Shown: positions 13,155-25,457, counted from the stretch's first letter. The stretch is DNA of 64,000 bases from Epiperipatus broadwayi (GCA_028023455.1 JAQFVV010000008.1:14818001-14882000); one strand, 5' to 3'. Translations and numbers: made by a program. The notes: generated by a model from the letters alone, not told the origin.

Positions 13155-13663
13155 TAAAGAGGATTTGAACCCAGTCTTCAAGCTCCCTTCAGTCATCCAC
13201 TCCATCTTATATAACTGTCACACATGACCACATACATGCAAAAAAGATAAATGATCTCCAATATATGTATTTTGTACTGAACCAGCACTCATCAGTAGGT
13301 TCAAATCATCATCTCCCATATATATATAATCAATGCTCAATTGATATGGATAGCTAAAGAGTTGGAGAGTGGAGAAGATTGAAACCTATTTATTAAAGTT
13401 TGAAGATATGCTACCTTAATATAAAATGAGCATTGATTATATATGGGTGTGAGAGATGATGATCTGTACCAACTGATGAGTGTTTGTTCAACATCATATA
13501 TGTATATTGGATATCATTTATCTTTTTCACATGTATTCATGTGTATTGGTTATATAAGATGGAGTGAATGACTGAAGAGAGCTTGAAAGTCTGGGTTCAA
13601 ATCCCCTCTAATTACATCTAGCTTAAATACATATATATTATACTTGTATTTAAATATTAAAAT
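13155..13663. mobile_element. Family A fold-back copy
   Basis: Minus arm ~13155-13340, plus arm ~13400-13663, both homologous to 5704-6112; short candidate TSD AAGTATTTA (13148-13156 / 13664-13672), ambiguous in AT-rich DNA. Confidence 0.8.
13250..13310 (-). ncRNA. Hammerhead motif, family A (G12>A)
   Basis: Minus strand CTGATGA-GTGCT-GGTTC-AGTAC-AAAA-TACAT-ATA-TTGGA. Confidence 0.6.
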
Positions 13664-14273
13664 AAGTATTTATAAAGAAAGAGAGGAAATTATTAACATT
13701 ACATTGGTTAGTTTAATATGTAAAAATAGTATATATTTTTATCTTCTCAATCTGCAATGACTATACCCAACTTTGTTTGTATAACTAAAATGTGATACTG
13801 CTAAATAAACTAAAAATAATTTTAAAATGATTTTGTTTAAAATAAAACATTTACTCCATATTTTGTTGTCAAATCTACAGTACTAAAGATTTAAACATTT
13901 CAATTTTAGAGTTGTGTTTATTTTCTATTTCCATATCATTATTATCATCATCCTTATCATTATTATTATATTCCATGATCTTAGAAACATTATTATCACC
14001 ACTTTTATTATCTAACATCCACAGATATCATTCTGCAAAACCAGATTTGAATGCATTTTTGTGTAAAAATTTTTAAACAATATATATATTGTAATATATA
14101 TAATAATAATATTACAAATCGATGTCTGTATTTCTTCAAAATAATATATGTAGATTTATAAATAAATATTAGAAAATACAGTATTTAAAAGTTTATAAAA
14201 AATATATCTATAACCGTCACTTAGAAGCGCTTTCAACTATCTTTGTAGTTTGCCAACTAATACTTTTAAAATG

Positions 14274-14618
14274 TCAGCTTTCCCATAATTCCGTGATCTT
14301 AACATTTGCTGCTTGCATATTAATTAAATCTCGCTTGTATTTATATATTAACATCGCTTCTTTAATTTTTCTTTTATTATTATTTCTTTCAGTTTCCAAT
14401 ATTTTTACATTACTATAATTAAAATCAAAACTATATATACACTATTTATTATGGTCATAAAAGTCAGAAGCTGATAAATTATCATTATTTTTATAATTTT
14501 GTTTTGTATTTTGAACCCTTTTTAATAATAACAAGTGCTCCTTTGTTCTTTTTTCCAATGTGCACCTCGATTCACCTATATATCCACTGCCACACCTACT
14601 TATATATATATACACTCC
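14274..14618 (-). pseudogene. GIY-YIG endonuclease domain of a Penelope-like retroelement, one internal stop
   Basis: GVYIYISRCGSGYIGESRCTLEKRTKEH...YDHNK*CIYSFDFNYSNVKILETERNNNKRKIKEAMLIYKYKRDLINMQAANVKITELWES*; same frame through the TAG at 14442-14444. Confidence 0.85.
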
Positions 14619-14764
14619 AAGTATATATATATATATTACAAAGATGGCGAACTTTGAAGTTTCACAATAAAACATGTACATTAAAGCTATGCAGTGATGC
14701 CCACAAAAAGCAATACTACCCTAAAATTTTATAGGCCTTATAACTGAGTAGGGTTGACTGCATC

Positions 14765-15060
14765 TTTTAACAGGTATCATCGATTTTTTAATGGTATGGA
14801 TGACTGAAGAGTTGGAGGGTGGAATAGATCAACATCTGACCATTAAAATTTGAATATTTGTTATCTTAATATAAACTGATTATATATATATATATATGTA
14901 TGTGTGGAAGATAATAATGTGTGGTCATATGTATTGGTTGTATGAGATATAGTGGATAGCTGAAGGGAGTTTGAAAGTCTATGTTCAAATACATTATAAT
15001 TGTATCTAAACTCCAAGTATATATATATAAATTATATTTGTATTCAAATAGTAAAATAAA
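14765..15060 (+). mobile_element. Family A copy with the hammerhead deleted
   Basis: Colinear with 5820-6110 except the ribozyme segment, lost at an ATGTG microhomology. Confidence 0.75.
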
Positions 15061-15399
15061 TTTTATTTTTATTCATTACTTCTAAAATCAGAAAAAAATG
15101 GAAGTAGTTTTTTTACATTTAAAGTTTAGACTACAACCATCAAGACATACTACTAAGCTCCAAAAAAGTGGCATAAAACCTGTTTTATATGATGGGATAA
15201 TTAGGAAGATATTGAGAGGGACAGCTACTCACTTTAAAAAGTAATATGAAATTAGGGCATTTGAAAATTCATAGCAATCCTACATACCAGTAATAATCAT
15301 TGCAGGTTAAGAAAATTAGGAATTAGAAAGTGAATGAGGATCAAAACAGTAAATGGTGATAATGTGTTGATAAAGTGAGCCAGAACTTTTTGATAGAAT

Positions 15400-15760
15400 T
15401 TTTTTTTTAAATAAAAGACTGATTTGAAGGGAAAAGAGGTAACTATAGAAATTTAGTATGTGAGTTAGAAGGTATTTTTAAATAACTTCTATCTCTTTTT
15501 AAAAAGATAAATATAAAAAAGATTTGAATTCAGAAATGTTTAGTCCAGTCTACTTGTAGATGAGTTGCTCTAATGCTATCTCATTTTTATAGATAGCATT
15601 AGAGGATGATCCATTGAATCAGATTTGTTGATGATGTCATCTGGACAAAGAGTGAGCTTAAGAAATAACAAAGAATTTGCAATTTGTAGTGAAAGTTAAT
15701 GCACATAAAATGAAAGTAAAGTTTGAAAGATAAAACAGTGATAATTTTCAGGAAATTATT
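15400..15760 (+). pseudogene. Decayed reverse-transcriptase fragment (possibly RTE-like)
   Basis: FVDDVI-like motif near 15625; heavily degenerate. Confidence 0.3.
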
Positions 15761-17112
15761 ATGAAAATTTGTTTTTAAATATTTAGGAAATTGTCTATTT
15801 AATATTCAATGTTTAAACTGTCTTTTAATAAGATTTATTTTGGGGACATTGAAACATATGGAATGCTTTGTTTCAAAATTTGTTTATAAAAATACTAGAT
15901 TTAGTTAAGTAAAAGTGAGAAAAGCTTATAAATTGTTTTATTTAAGAAATAATTTTATACAAATAATTAACAAGTAGGAGGGGGAGTTTTAGAGTTGTAG
16001 ACTTCAAAGAAAATGCAAAAGAAAAATTGAATGAATATAAATTAAAAATGTAGAATTTTTAAAAAAAGTCTATTGTAAGGAAATTAAGCTTGTACTTATA
16101 TCAAAAGACAACAAAAATTACAAGGATATGAATAAAGAGAAAGAGTAAAAAAAGAAAAAAGTGATAAATAATTTAATAAAGGGATAATAATGAGTTTAGA
16201 GAAAAAGTTTAGGATGATGGACTTAATTTAGTTATTGGAAAATAACTGTTTATAATGATCATCCACAAGACTTTATCAGCTTATTTTTAACCTGTATTAG
16301 AAATCATTATTTGTAAACCTGAATGATAAATGGATTCTAGATGAGTAATATCATCCTAAATCTTAGAATAATATCTAATAGTAGCCTTTATCAATGAGAG
16401 CCATTAGTTGATACCTTCAATCCCATTATCTAATCAAAAATTCAAAACCTTATGGTCAAAACAAATTGTTTGTATTCTTCATAATGCTGTATTGGGTTCT
16501 TTTCTTTAATCTCTAGGCAGCTAATAATAGAGATTGTTCCCAAATAATAATATTGTTCCAAAATCACATGTGCTCTGCAGTATAAGATTTTTTTTGTATT
16601 GTAATTGAATAAAAGAATTTAATATACCATTATAAAGAGTTTACATTGCATCTGTTTATTTACATATATTTAAGACATGCACACAACATTTAATTATATA
16701 TTTAAATGTAGATTTTATTATTCAAAGTTCTAATACAAATTAATCCTTAAATGTTAATTAACCATATTGATTAGGCATGTTCATGCTTGGTTTATTGCAG
16801 TGAAAGAATAATGGATTCAAATTCTAACAACTATGGGTTACAAAACTTGGCTCTACAACTTCTGGTGCTTAAGTATTATATGATCTCTTATAAGACAACC
16901 ATTTAATTATTTTTATTTTTATTTATTTATTTATACATGTAGGCTTTGTTCAATTAAATACTGAAACCATTTTTTATGCTCTAATAGCATGTCATCTATG
17001 TTTGCATTATTCTATTGTCATAAGATTTCAGGCTTATCTCTTGGCAGTTGATGAGGGAAATTGTTCATAAAACTTGCTTCGCAGAGTGATTGGTTCAACT
17101 TTTTGCATCTAT

Positions 17113-17130
17113 AGATCGGAAGAGCGTCGT
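17113..17130 (+). other. Residual Illumina TruSeq adapter sequence (assembly artefact)
   Basis: Exact 18-nt AGATCGGAAGAGCGTCGT. Confidence 0.9.
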
Positions 17131-18763
17131 AATTCTATTTGTAATTTAGTAATTTCATTTATATGCTAAGTATAGCCACCTTTGAGTATTTGGCAAGAAT
17201 GGTATTTATTAAACCAAACAACACATGACTTTTTTCACTTAATATTAGCTTCTGCTAATTGTATAGCTTCAAATCTTTAAGATATTTTGAATCGTTAGCC
17301 ATTAGTTTGGATATTATAAAACAGAAAAAATAAATCTGGATATATAAGGCAATTCAACACTCATCAAGAATGAAAGCAATAGCAAAAAACTAGTTTGTGA
17401 ATTTGAATGTTTATAGTAATAGCATTTAGTGATCATTGATTGCTTGTGTTTACACTAGATGGCTCTGGAATAGATTAATTTTAATGAATTATTGCCCCAA
17501 AATTAATATACAGTACTACATAATGATACTTATAGGAAATTAACTATTTGCATCACTTACAAAATTCATAAAATAAAAACACTTGACATAAAACTAAAAT
17601 GCTGTCTGGAATATATTATACTTAAGATATATTTTAATGCACTTCAGACCATTATAAAATGAATTTCTTAAAAGGTTTAAATTACTTTATATAAAATAAG
17701 CGATAAAATTTGTTATTTCTATTGGGATGTCCATTTAATTTGAACTAATTATCATATTTTATTCTAATATTTATTTATAACAACGTCAGAAGTATTAGAT
17801 AATTAACTGATTTTTAAAGTAAATACATTATCAGTTTGTTTTTCTTTTTAAACAAACTATATGTCTATAAATATCTTATGTGAAAAAATGAGTCATACAT
17901 TTAAAAAATTATATAATATTTAGGATTAATAAACTTTGTTTTAAAAGATAAAAGTGTAAAAAAAAGTATATAAACAATTTTAACGCTATACATATAAAAG
18001 TCAAATAAAATGTTTATCTAGAATTAGAATATTTTTAATAGTTTTCTGTCATAGTATTTCATTTTTAAAATAGCTTTTACTGCATCTGACTTGTGTTATT
18101 TCTTTGTTATAACTATGCCTTCAAGAATAAAAATAATCTGTTATCATGCAACTATTACTTAACAGCAACCCGTAAAAAAGACAGACTAGTGAGTTATCAG
18201 TTCCGTTAAATAAACTGATAAAAAAATGCACATTACAGAATATTACGGAAAGTATATTTAGATACAAGTTTTTTTTTTTAAATTATATATTTCATTTTTA
18301 AAAAACAAACTGTCCATTTTAAGTTTTTGTATGTGTTAAGATATATAAAAAATTAAGTGGGCGATTTATTGATTTGTTATTTATTTATATTATAATCGAT
18401 TGACTTCTACAAGTATAAATTTTTAAAAAGTTTTTAGATTATATTGAAGAAGTGTACAGTACTTTTATGTATAATGAAATCCATTTGGAAACTTTAATAA
18501 ATAAAGTGTAACAAATAAAATAAAAAAACAAGTTATTTCTAAAATCATGAAGCAAAATGCCAAAATAAAATAAATAGTTGCATCGTTAAAATGGTGTTCA
18601 GAAAATAAAAAAATCTATTAAAATATCAGATTCCTTCATTACTACTTTTAATATAATTTTGTTCTTTTTCCTTTTTTTATCTATTGTTTTCTATTTTTGC
18701 ATATCATACCATTTATAACTTTCTTAAACACTTTAACAATACTATTTTTTATATCAAAACTTT

Positions 18764-18806
18764 ATTCTTACAGTTTCGACTGTTCTGCACTCATCATCAG
18801 AACTCT
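18764..18806 (-). ncRNA. Minimal hammerhead-like motif (family D-like stem III)
   Basis: Minus strand AGAGTT-CTGATGA-T-GAGTG-CAGAA-CAGTC-GAAAC-T-GTA; core intact, one stem II mismatch, weak stem I. Confidence 0.5.
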
Positions 18807-19134
18807 TTACAATCCTATTTTTAAAAACCAAAATCCCCTGAAATTGAATTTCTAATACTTTGGAGAAAATGTTAACATTGTAAAAATCATTTTAAAAATT
18901 TACCAGTGATTGTCTTTTTTAAAAATGTTAATAGATTTTATAATCAGTTGTGGAAATACAATATTAAAAGTAAATATAAATTAAAATGAAGTAAGATTAA
19001 AAGATCAGGAAGCTAATAAAACTTATTGAAGTCAGAAAATTATGAAGCTGACTACTTTACCCCTATTCTGAATCTTGTGTTTGGGATTATTTCAGTAATT
19101 TAGTTTCTCTACCAATAGTTGTTGAAACTCATTA

Positions 19135-19440
19135 TAAAAAATAAAGTTAATATCATCTATGTTCTTTATTACTTTTTACAATGGTTTTTCACAATCCAAT
19201 ATTAACAGTTTCAATTGCCCCAGCAATCTTCTTCAGTACTTCTACTTATATTTCCAAATCTTAACTGCTATCAATTCAAACTTTTAAATTTAAAAGTTTG
19301 AATTGTAAAGTTTGAATTGATAGCAGTTAAGATTAAGTAGAAGTTCTGAAGAAGATTTCTGGAGCAATCAAAACCATCAATAGTAGGTTGTAAAAAAGCA
19401 TTGTAAAAAGTAATAAAGAACATAAATGATATTAATATTA
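19135..19440. mobile_element. Family D palindromic repeat with degenerate hammerheads in both arms
   Basis: Arms centred near 19290 (may extend further); homologous palindrome at 60412-60685; CTGAAGA-A-GATTGC-TGGG-GCAATT-GAAAC on the minus arm. Confidence 0.6.
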
Positions 19441-19894
19441 TATGGATTTGGCAATATAATAAGAAAACTAAAGTTATAATACCTCATAAATAAAAAATTA
19501 AAAAATAAATATCAAAGTCAAACTCAGAAAGATGATTCCCAAACCTGAATTTAAACAGAACATCTCTATTTCACTGGTAATATTTATACCACTTTAAACT
19601 TATCTCCTGATTGTAATGTATATTCTAGAGAATAGTTAAGTTTTTTAAATATTCTTCATTAAAAAAAAGGCAATCAACAAAGCATCACTTCTGTGAATAG
19701 TGGAATCACATCTGAAATTCTATTTTCTAAACATGAGCTTAAACTAGAAATATTTCTATTTTACCAGCAATACATATATTAAACAATTCAAAACAAAACA
19801 ACACTCTCCATATAGTAGTGCCATCTTGTGCTAACAAGAGCAATCAATGGATGCCAGAAGGCTTGTGCATAAAATCCCTATCTAGTGCCTACTC

Positions 19895-19953
19895 ATCCAA
19901 TATCCCCAGACTAGTTTCTGGCTTGTGGCCTTCATCAGTGAGGAGCCTTGGAT
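19895..19953 (-). ncRNA. Type I hammerhead ribozyme, family B
   Basis: Exact reverse complement of 20630-20688. Confidence 0.85.
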
Positions 19954-20629
19954 CTGAGAGCACTGCACCTAGATCTTAGGATCTAATGCAACCCTCCAGC
20001 ACCCACCTTTTAACTCTATTTAACTACAAAACTATGAGAATGAAATTGAAAACACTATTAATATTTTCAATCCAAGCTCAATAGCTTATATAGTCATATG
20101 GGTCTGAACTCAATTCAGTACCCATACATTTTGGTGTCTTTGGCTCTTTAACAACCATAGCCACCACTATCCTATTAGGCAGGATTGGTGTTAAACCACT
20201 AAACATCACATGATCACTATCTCATACTAGCACAATAATTGTTATTAAACAATTCAAAACAAAACAACACTCTCCATATAGTAGTGCCATCTTGTGCACT
20301 ACTATATGGAGAGTGTTGTTTTGTTTTGAATTGTTTAATAACAATTATTGTGCTAGTATGAGATAGTGATCATGTGATGTTTAGTGGTTTAACACCAATC
20401 CTGCCTAATAGGATAGTGGTGGCTATGGTTGTTAAAGAGCCAAAGACACCAAAATGTATGGGTACTGAATTGAGTTCAGACCCATATGACTATATAAGCT
20501 ATTGAGCTTGGATTGAAAATATTAATAGTGTTTTCAATTTCATTCTCATAGTTTTGTAGTTAAATAGAGTTAAAAGGTGGGTGCTGGAGGGTTGCATTAG
20601 ATCCTAAGATCTAGGTGCAGTGCTCTCAG

Positions 20630-20688
20630 ATCCAAGGCTCCTCACTGATGAAGGCCACAAGCCAGAAACTAGTCTGGGGATATTGGAT
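20630..20688 (+). ncRNA. Type I hammerhead ribozyme, family B
   Basis: ATCCAA-GGC-TCCTCA-CTGATGA(20645-20651)-A-GGC-CACAA-GCC-A-GAAAC-TA-GTC-TGGGGA-TA-TTGGAT; two-part stem I with internal loop; predicted cleavage after C20674. Confidence 0.85.
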
Positions 20689-21916
20689 GAGTAGGCACTA
20701 GATAGGGATTTTATGCACAAGCCTTCTGGCATCCATTGATTGCTCTTGTTAGCACAAGATGGCACTACTATATGGAGAGTGTTGTTTTGTTTTGAATTGT
20801 TTAATAACAATTATTGTGCTAGTATGAGATAGTGATCATGTGATGTTTAGTGGTTCAATACATATATTGTTACAAAAAAACAATAATATATTTAAATATA
20901 AAATGATGTTGAAGAGTGTTAATGAGTATGCACATACATGTGTATATATGTGTGGACATATGAAAGCATGTATTTGTTCTTTCTGCTATATTACTTCCAT
21001 TGTTAATTTATTATCATATTACATTTTATTATTCTTAGATATAGATACTGTTATTGTATGCAATGAATAAAAATGCTTTTTAAAATAACATAAAATAGAT
21101 ATTTCACATTTATTGCCACAAACTGATTGTAACATTTAATAAACAACTGCACATAGAAATATATGTAAATGAATGTGAATTGATTTAGTGTAATTGCAAT
21201 GCTTAAAATATTTATTGATTGACTACCATACCATGTGAAAAACTGGCCATTTATTCTATAGAATATATGTATTTCAGAAAAAAAAATTCTCATCAACTTC
21301 TTGGAGTATTGCTGATATTCCTATATATATAGCAATTATTCTTATATTAATAATGTTAAATAAGCGACTTGACATTATTGAAGATATAAATTATTAAATG
21401 AGTTTTATAGGATGCCGTTTTAATTAATGCTTAACTGATATATTGAAGGCAGCAACATTAATTAGTAATACTTTAATATTAAGTAATTTGATTTAATATT
21501 TACCTGAAAAAACTTTAGATAACTAGAAAAAAAGTTTTCCTCAAAATACATATATTCTTTGTAGTAATTGGTCAGTTTTTTTACATGGTATAGGGATCAA
21601 ACAATACATATTTCAAGCAATAACATTGAACCTTTCATCTATCGATGTTTATTGATTGTAGAATTGTAAAAGGTCAATCAAAATCTGGAAGTATTGAACT
21701 GTTGATTCATCATCTGCAATAGAGAATGAACAGATATTATGCAAAATCCTGTAGTGATAGCAACATTATGCAAATATTCTTATTTACTTTGAAATATGAA
21801 AAATACTATACATCACACATTCCCTTAGTGATAAATGTTTGAAATAAATGATTTATTGTCATTTTTGATAAAATATATATAACTGTTATATGTTGATTTT
21901 TAAGCAATAGAAAATT

Positions 21917-22117
21917 AAACCACTAAAACATCCCATGATCACTATTTCCTGTATCTACACAACTGTTAAAACAACTTTCCATACAGTAGTGCCACCAGTG
22001 CAACAACACAGTAATCAATTAATGGTAGAAGGATTATGCATAAATCCCTATTTAGTGCCTACTCATTCAATATTCCCAGACTAATTTTTAGTCTGCCACT
22101 AAACTTAGATCTTATGG
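21917..22117 (-). mobile_element. Family B diverged fragment
   Basis: Homologous to family B (AAACCACTAAAACATC...GTGCCTACTCATTCAATATTCCCAGACTAATTT); abuts the truncated LINE. Confidence 0.8.
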
Positions 22118-22124
22118 ATTTTAA

Positions 22125-25100
22125 GACTTAGGAGTAGGTTGGTTAGTAGGTATCAAAGAGAGTGAGGTATTTTGGTGTCTGCAAGAAACTGAGTCAAAAG
22201 AAGCCTCAATGTCAATTTGAACAGCCATTATAGCATATTTTTCTACTTTCAAACTGAATTTACAATGGTTTTGAAAATGATGGCAGCTTGGCTTGTGGAG
22301 GAGCCTTTATTTGCATGTGGTATTGGTGATAATAGAGGGATGAGACATGGTTCAATTTTAACTTTTAGAGCCTTTTCCAGGATTTTAATATCAAGGAGCC
22401 CATGGAGATTTGTTGCAGATTAGATAGATTGGATATTGAAGCTTGCTTTTTGTTGAATGGAACTAAGGAGATTAGATATAGATCTTTTATGTTAAACATC
22501 CTTTCTGATAGATAATTTGCCAAATCACATAGATATGTGGTGGTAAACTGACTGAGATGTGAAAATACCAAATTTAGGGATTCCATGTTGCCCTGGATGA
22601 CAAGAGTTTGGAAGCAAGAAATCGGTAGCCTGGAATGACTTATCTAATTCTGGTTGGCAAAAGAGTGTGAAGGCACAACAATGTGACTGCAGCTTTTGTT
22701 TGAAATATTTGTATATTGATTCTATCATATTATGTCCAACTTTGGTGATGCCCTTGGTTTCAAGTGCTTGTGAAACTCTGACAGTAGAAGGATATCCCAC
22801 AGCCCATGTAATGCACCATCATATCCAGGTGTGTTGTTTTTTTGTACAATTTTTTTTTTGTGGCAAGGTACTCTTTTAGAGTGTTTCAGGTGTCATTATA
22901 CATTTGTGTAAGACTTTTTATATGTGCATAGGTATCTGGTGCAGATTTACACATGCTGATTTTTTTATGTAACTCATCATCCAAAGTTAGGAGTCTTGAA
23001 TATGGTGGTGTAGTTCTGGTAATATGGGTTATATTAAATGATAGAATGTTGATAAAGGAGATGTACCATTAAACAGAATAAAGTTGCATAATGCTAATTT
23101 TGAATAAGAAAATGTATATTTTAGATTACAAAAATTCAGAAGTGTATGCAGAAAGAATTATTCTTATTGTTTTATGAAATTAAATTGCTGATGTTTCCAT
23201 TGCACTTAGATTGAGTTTGAGCATTTGACTAGAGTGATCAGAAAAGTGTGAGAAATTAAGTGTTAGCTTAATTAAGTGATGAAGCATGGATGAATAAAAG
23301 CACAGGTCAATAAGCGAGGTGTGATGACTATTGTAGAAAGAAATGTAGTTGGGTGATAAAAAACCTTCAGTGCTCATTAGGGGTATTGCAAGTTGATATA
23401 GCCACTTTGAAACAAAAGTGTGATAATTCATGTCAAAGTCACCCATTAAAACAACTGGGTAAAAAGTTCATGATAGTAGTGAGTTGATGGCAAGCAGTAA
23501 TCTTGAGATGACAACTAGTTCAGGAGGTATGTAAATAAAAATTATGTTGAGTGCAACAATATGATGGTGAAAAGTAACTATAAATAGGTTTGAGTCGATA
23601 TATCTAATTTTAAAGGATGAAAATTGGCAGATTCTTATAATGACCAGGCTAGTGCCTCCTGAAAGTGATGATGAATCTCAGTTGGAAAAGTCTTGTGTCC
23701 TTAAATAGGTTGTGAGGTAAATCTGAGAACCACTATATATTTTTGTTTCCAGCAGATCCAGGATATGTGGCTGCATAAATTGAATCCATTTATTTAGGTG
23801 GAGGTTTTTTTGAATTGAGTTTAGACCTCGAACATTGAAAGCTCCTATCTTTATTTTCATGTTGAAAGTAAATGAATAGAAAAAATAGTTAGAATATATG
23901 TTTTGAGGATCAGCTGTTTTATACTGACTAGATTGAGATTTCCATTTGTTACCTTGTTTATAAAGTTTAAAAAAAAGATTGTATGAACATAAATGGCCAG
24001 CTATGACTCAAAATTAAAATTTTCAGGGCTGGCATCTAAGCATCAAAATATTTAAGAGATGGTTTGTTTGCATTATTTTTTTTAAGTAGGGAAGGTTTGA
24101 TATATGTTGGTATACTAGTGTATAAGTTTATCTTCAGGGTTTGTTTTTGATTCATTGCATGAGTTTGGGGTTTTGATAAGTGAAAGATTTTTGGGCTCAG
24201 TTAGAGCTTCCTGTATTTGTTGAGAGTCTGTTAAGTGGGGGCTACAGGATTCTAGGTTATAAATGCTGTTATTAGTGAAGCATGTTAGGTTAATTTTGGT
24301 ATCAAGAGTTTTTATTTTTTTATTACCATGATCTTTTCATGGTTGCCCAGGTTTTATTTTGGAAGTGTAATATGTGTCACAGCTTTCAATTACCAGTAAT
24401 GATGGTGTTAGTATATCCATAACATCTATGCTGGTCTTGTTTACTATAGGTTAAAATTGACTAGTATTGTCATTGTGAATAATTGACTGCGCTACCTTAG
24501 CTATATGAGTTGAATCTAACTGCTTACATGGTTTGGCTGATGAAGTGAGAGTTTGATTATCATCACCCTGAGCAGTTTTGCTGCTGATGTTAATGGATGT
24601 GCTGAAGGTTTGATTTGTCTGGTCAATAGAGAGATCTTCATTTGAGGGAGATATTGTGTGTATTAGATGTTTTGTCAATATTGTTTTGGTTTTGATTATG
24701 AATGCATCTAGGTCTATGGTTATCCATCTGATTACACTCTAAGCATCAAGTGGTTGTGCAGTTGATTGCTAGATGACAATGCTGTCAACAGGAGAAACAC
24801 TGTGGCTTTAACACTGTTATTATAGCCAAAGTGTTGCTTCTTGGTCTGTAATCTGAGTAGGTATAGTGATTGGATCAATGCTTTTGTTTAGCTTAACTTT
24901 AAACTGATAGCGATTGCTGTATATTGGAACTAGGGTGTCCTTTAGGTAAACTGGTTGCAATGAGACAACTTTCCCAAAAGGCTCCATTAATTTTTGAAAA
25001 TCCTGTGTGGAGTATCCTAGGTATGTATTTTTCAGTATGCCAGTTATGTATTTCTGTTTGTTTTCATCTACAGCAATTAGAGCAAAATGACCCAGTGTTT

Positions 25101-25418
25101 TGATCTTCATTTTACATCTTTTTTTTTTTGGTTTTGATCATGAAATTATATGATGATATCTTTGATTGGAATGATAAGCTAAGTGCTGAACCCTGTCTCA
25201 TAGATTGTGCAGAATGAGTGCTTCATATAGTAAAGCTCTTGGGAATTTATACAAAGAACAATGAATATCTGTAGCTGACAAAACTATTGGACAATCTGTG
25301 AAAAAATGGCAGAAGGTGTTAAAAAGTCCATTAGAAATGGTATAGTGGACCTTCTCAGAAATGCTATCTAGCATGTCAGCATTGCATATTACAGAGGGGT
25401 GTGTGTGTGTTTCTTCAC

Positions 25419-25457
<39 letters not shown>

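Larger units (their letters stand above)
19781..20855. mobile_element. Family B hammerhead retrozyme: apparently perfect fold-back of a 466-bp monomer, flanked by a 13-bp TSD
   Basis: Arms 19781-20286 and 20295-20855, identical by eye, 8-nt loop; each arm exceeds one unit (period 466: 19778/20244 and 20297/20763); TSD CAATACATATATT at 19768-19780 and 20856-20868. Confidence 0.9.

Noticed and set aside
14614-15030. ACTCCAAGTATATATATATA repeat as a TSD around 14637-15010
   Set aside because: The downstream copy aligns with the family A tail seen at other loci, and most of the match is (TA)n.
20604-20810. ORFs inside family A/B/D repeats (also 5217-5459, 26199-26387, 40408-40602)
   Set aside because: Short antisense or incidental frames in non-coding ribozyme repeats; reading frames are not preserved between copies.
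19781-20855. Palindrome as a purely chimeric-read or assembly artefact
   Set aside because: An exact 13-bp TSD flanks it, and older diverged copies show the same architecture; long-read confirmation is still advisable.
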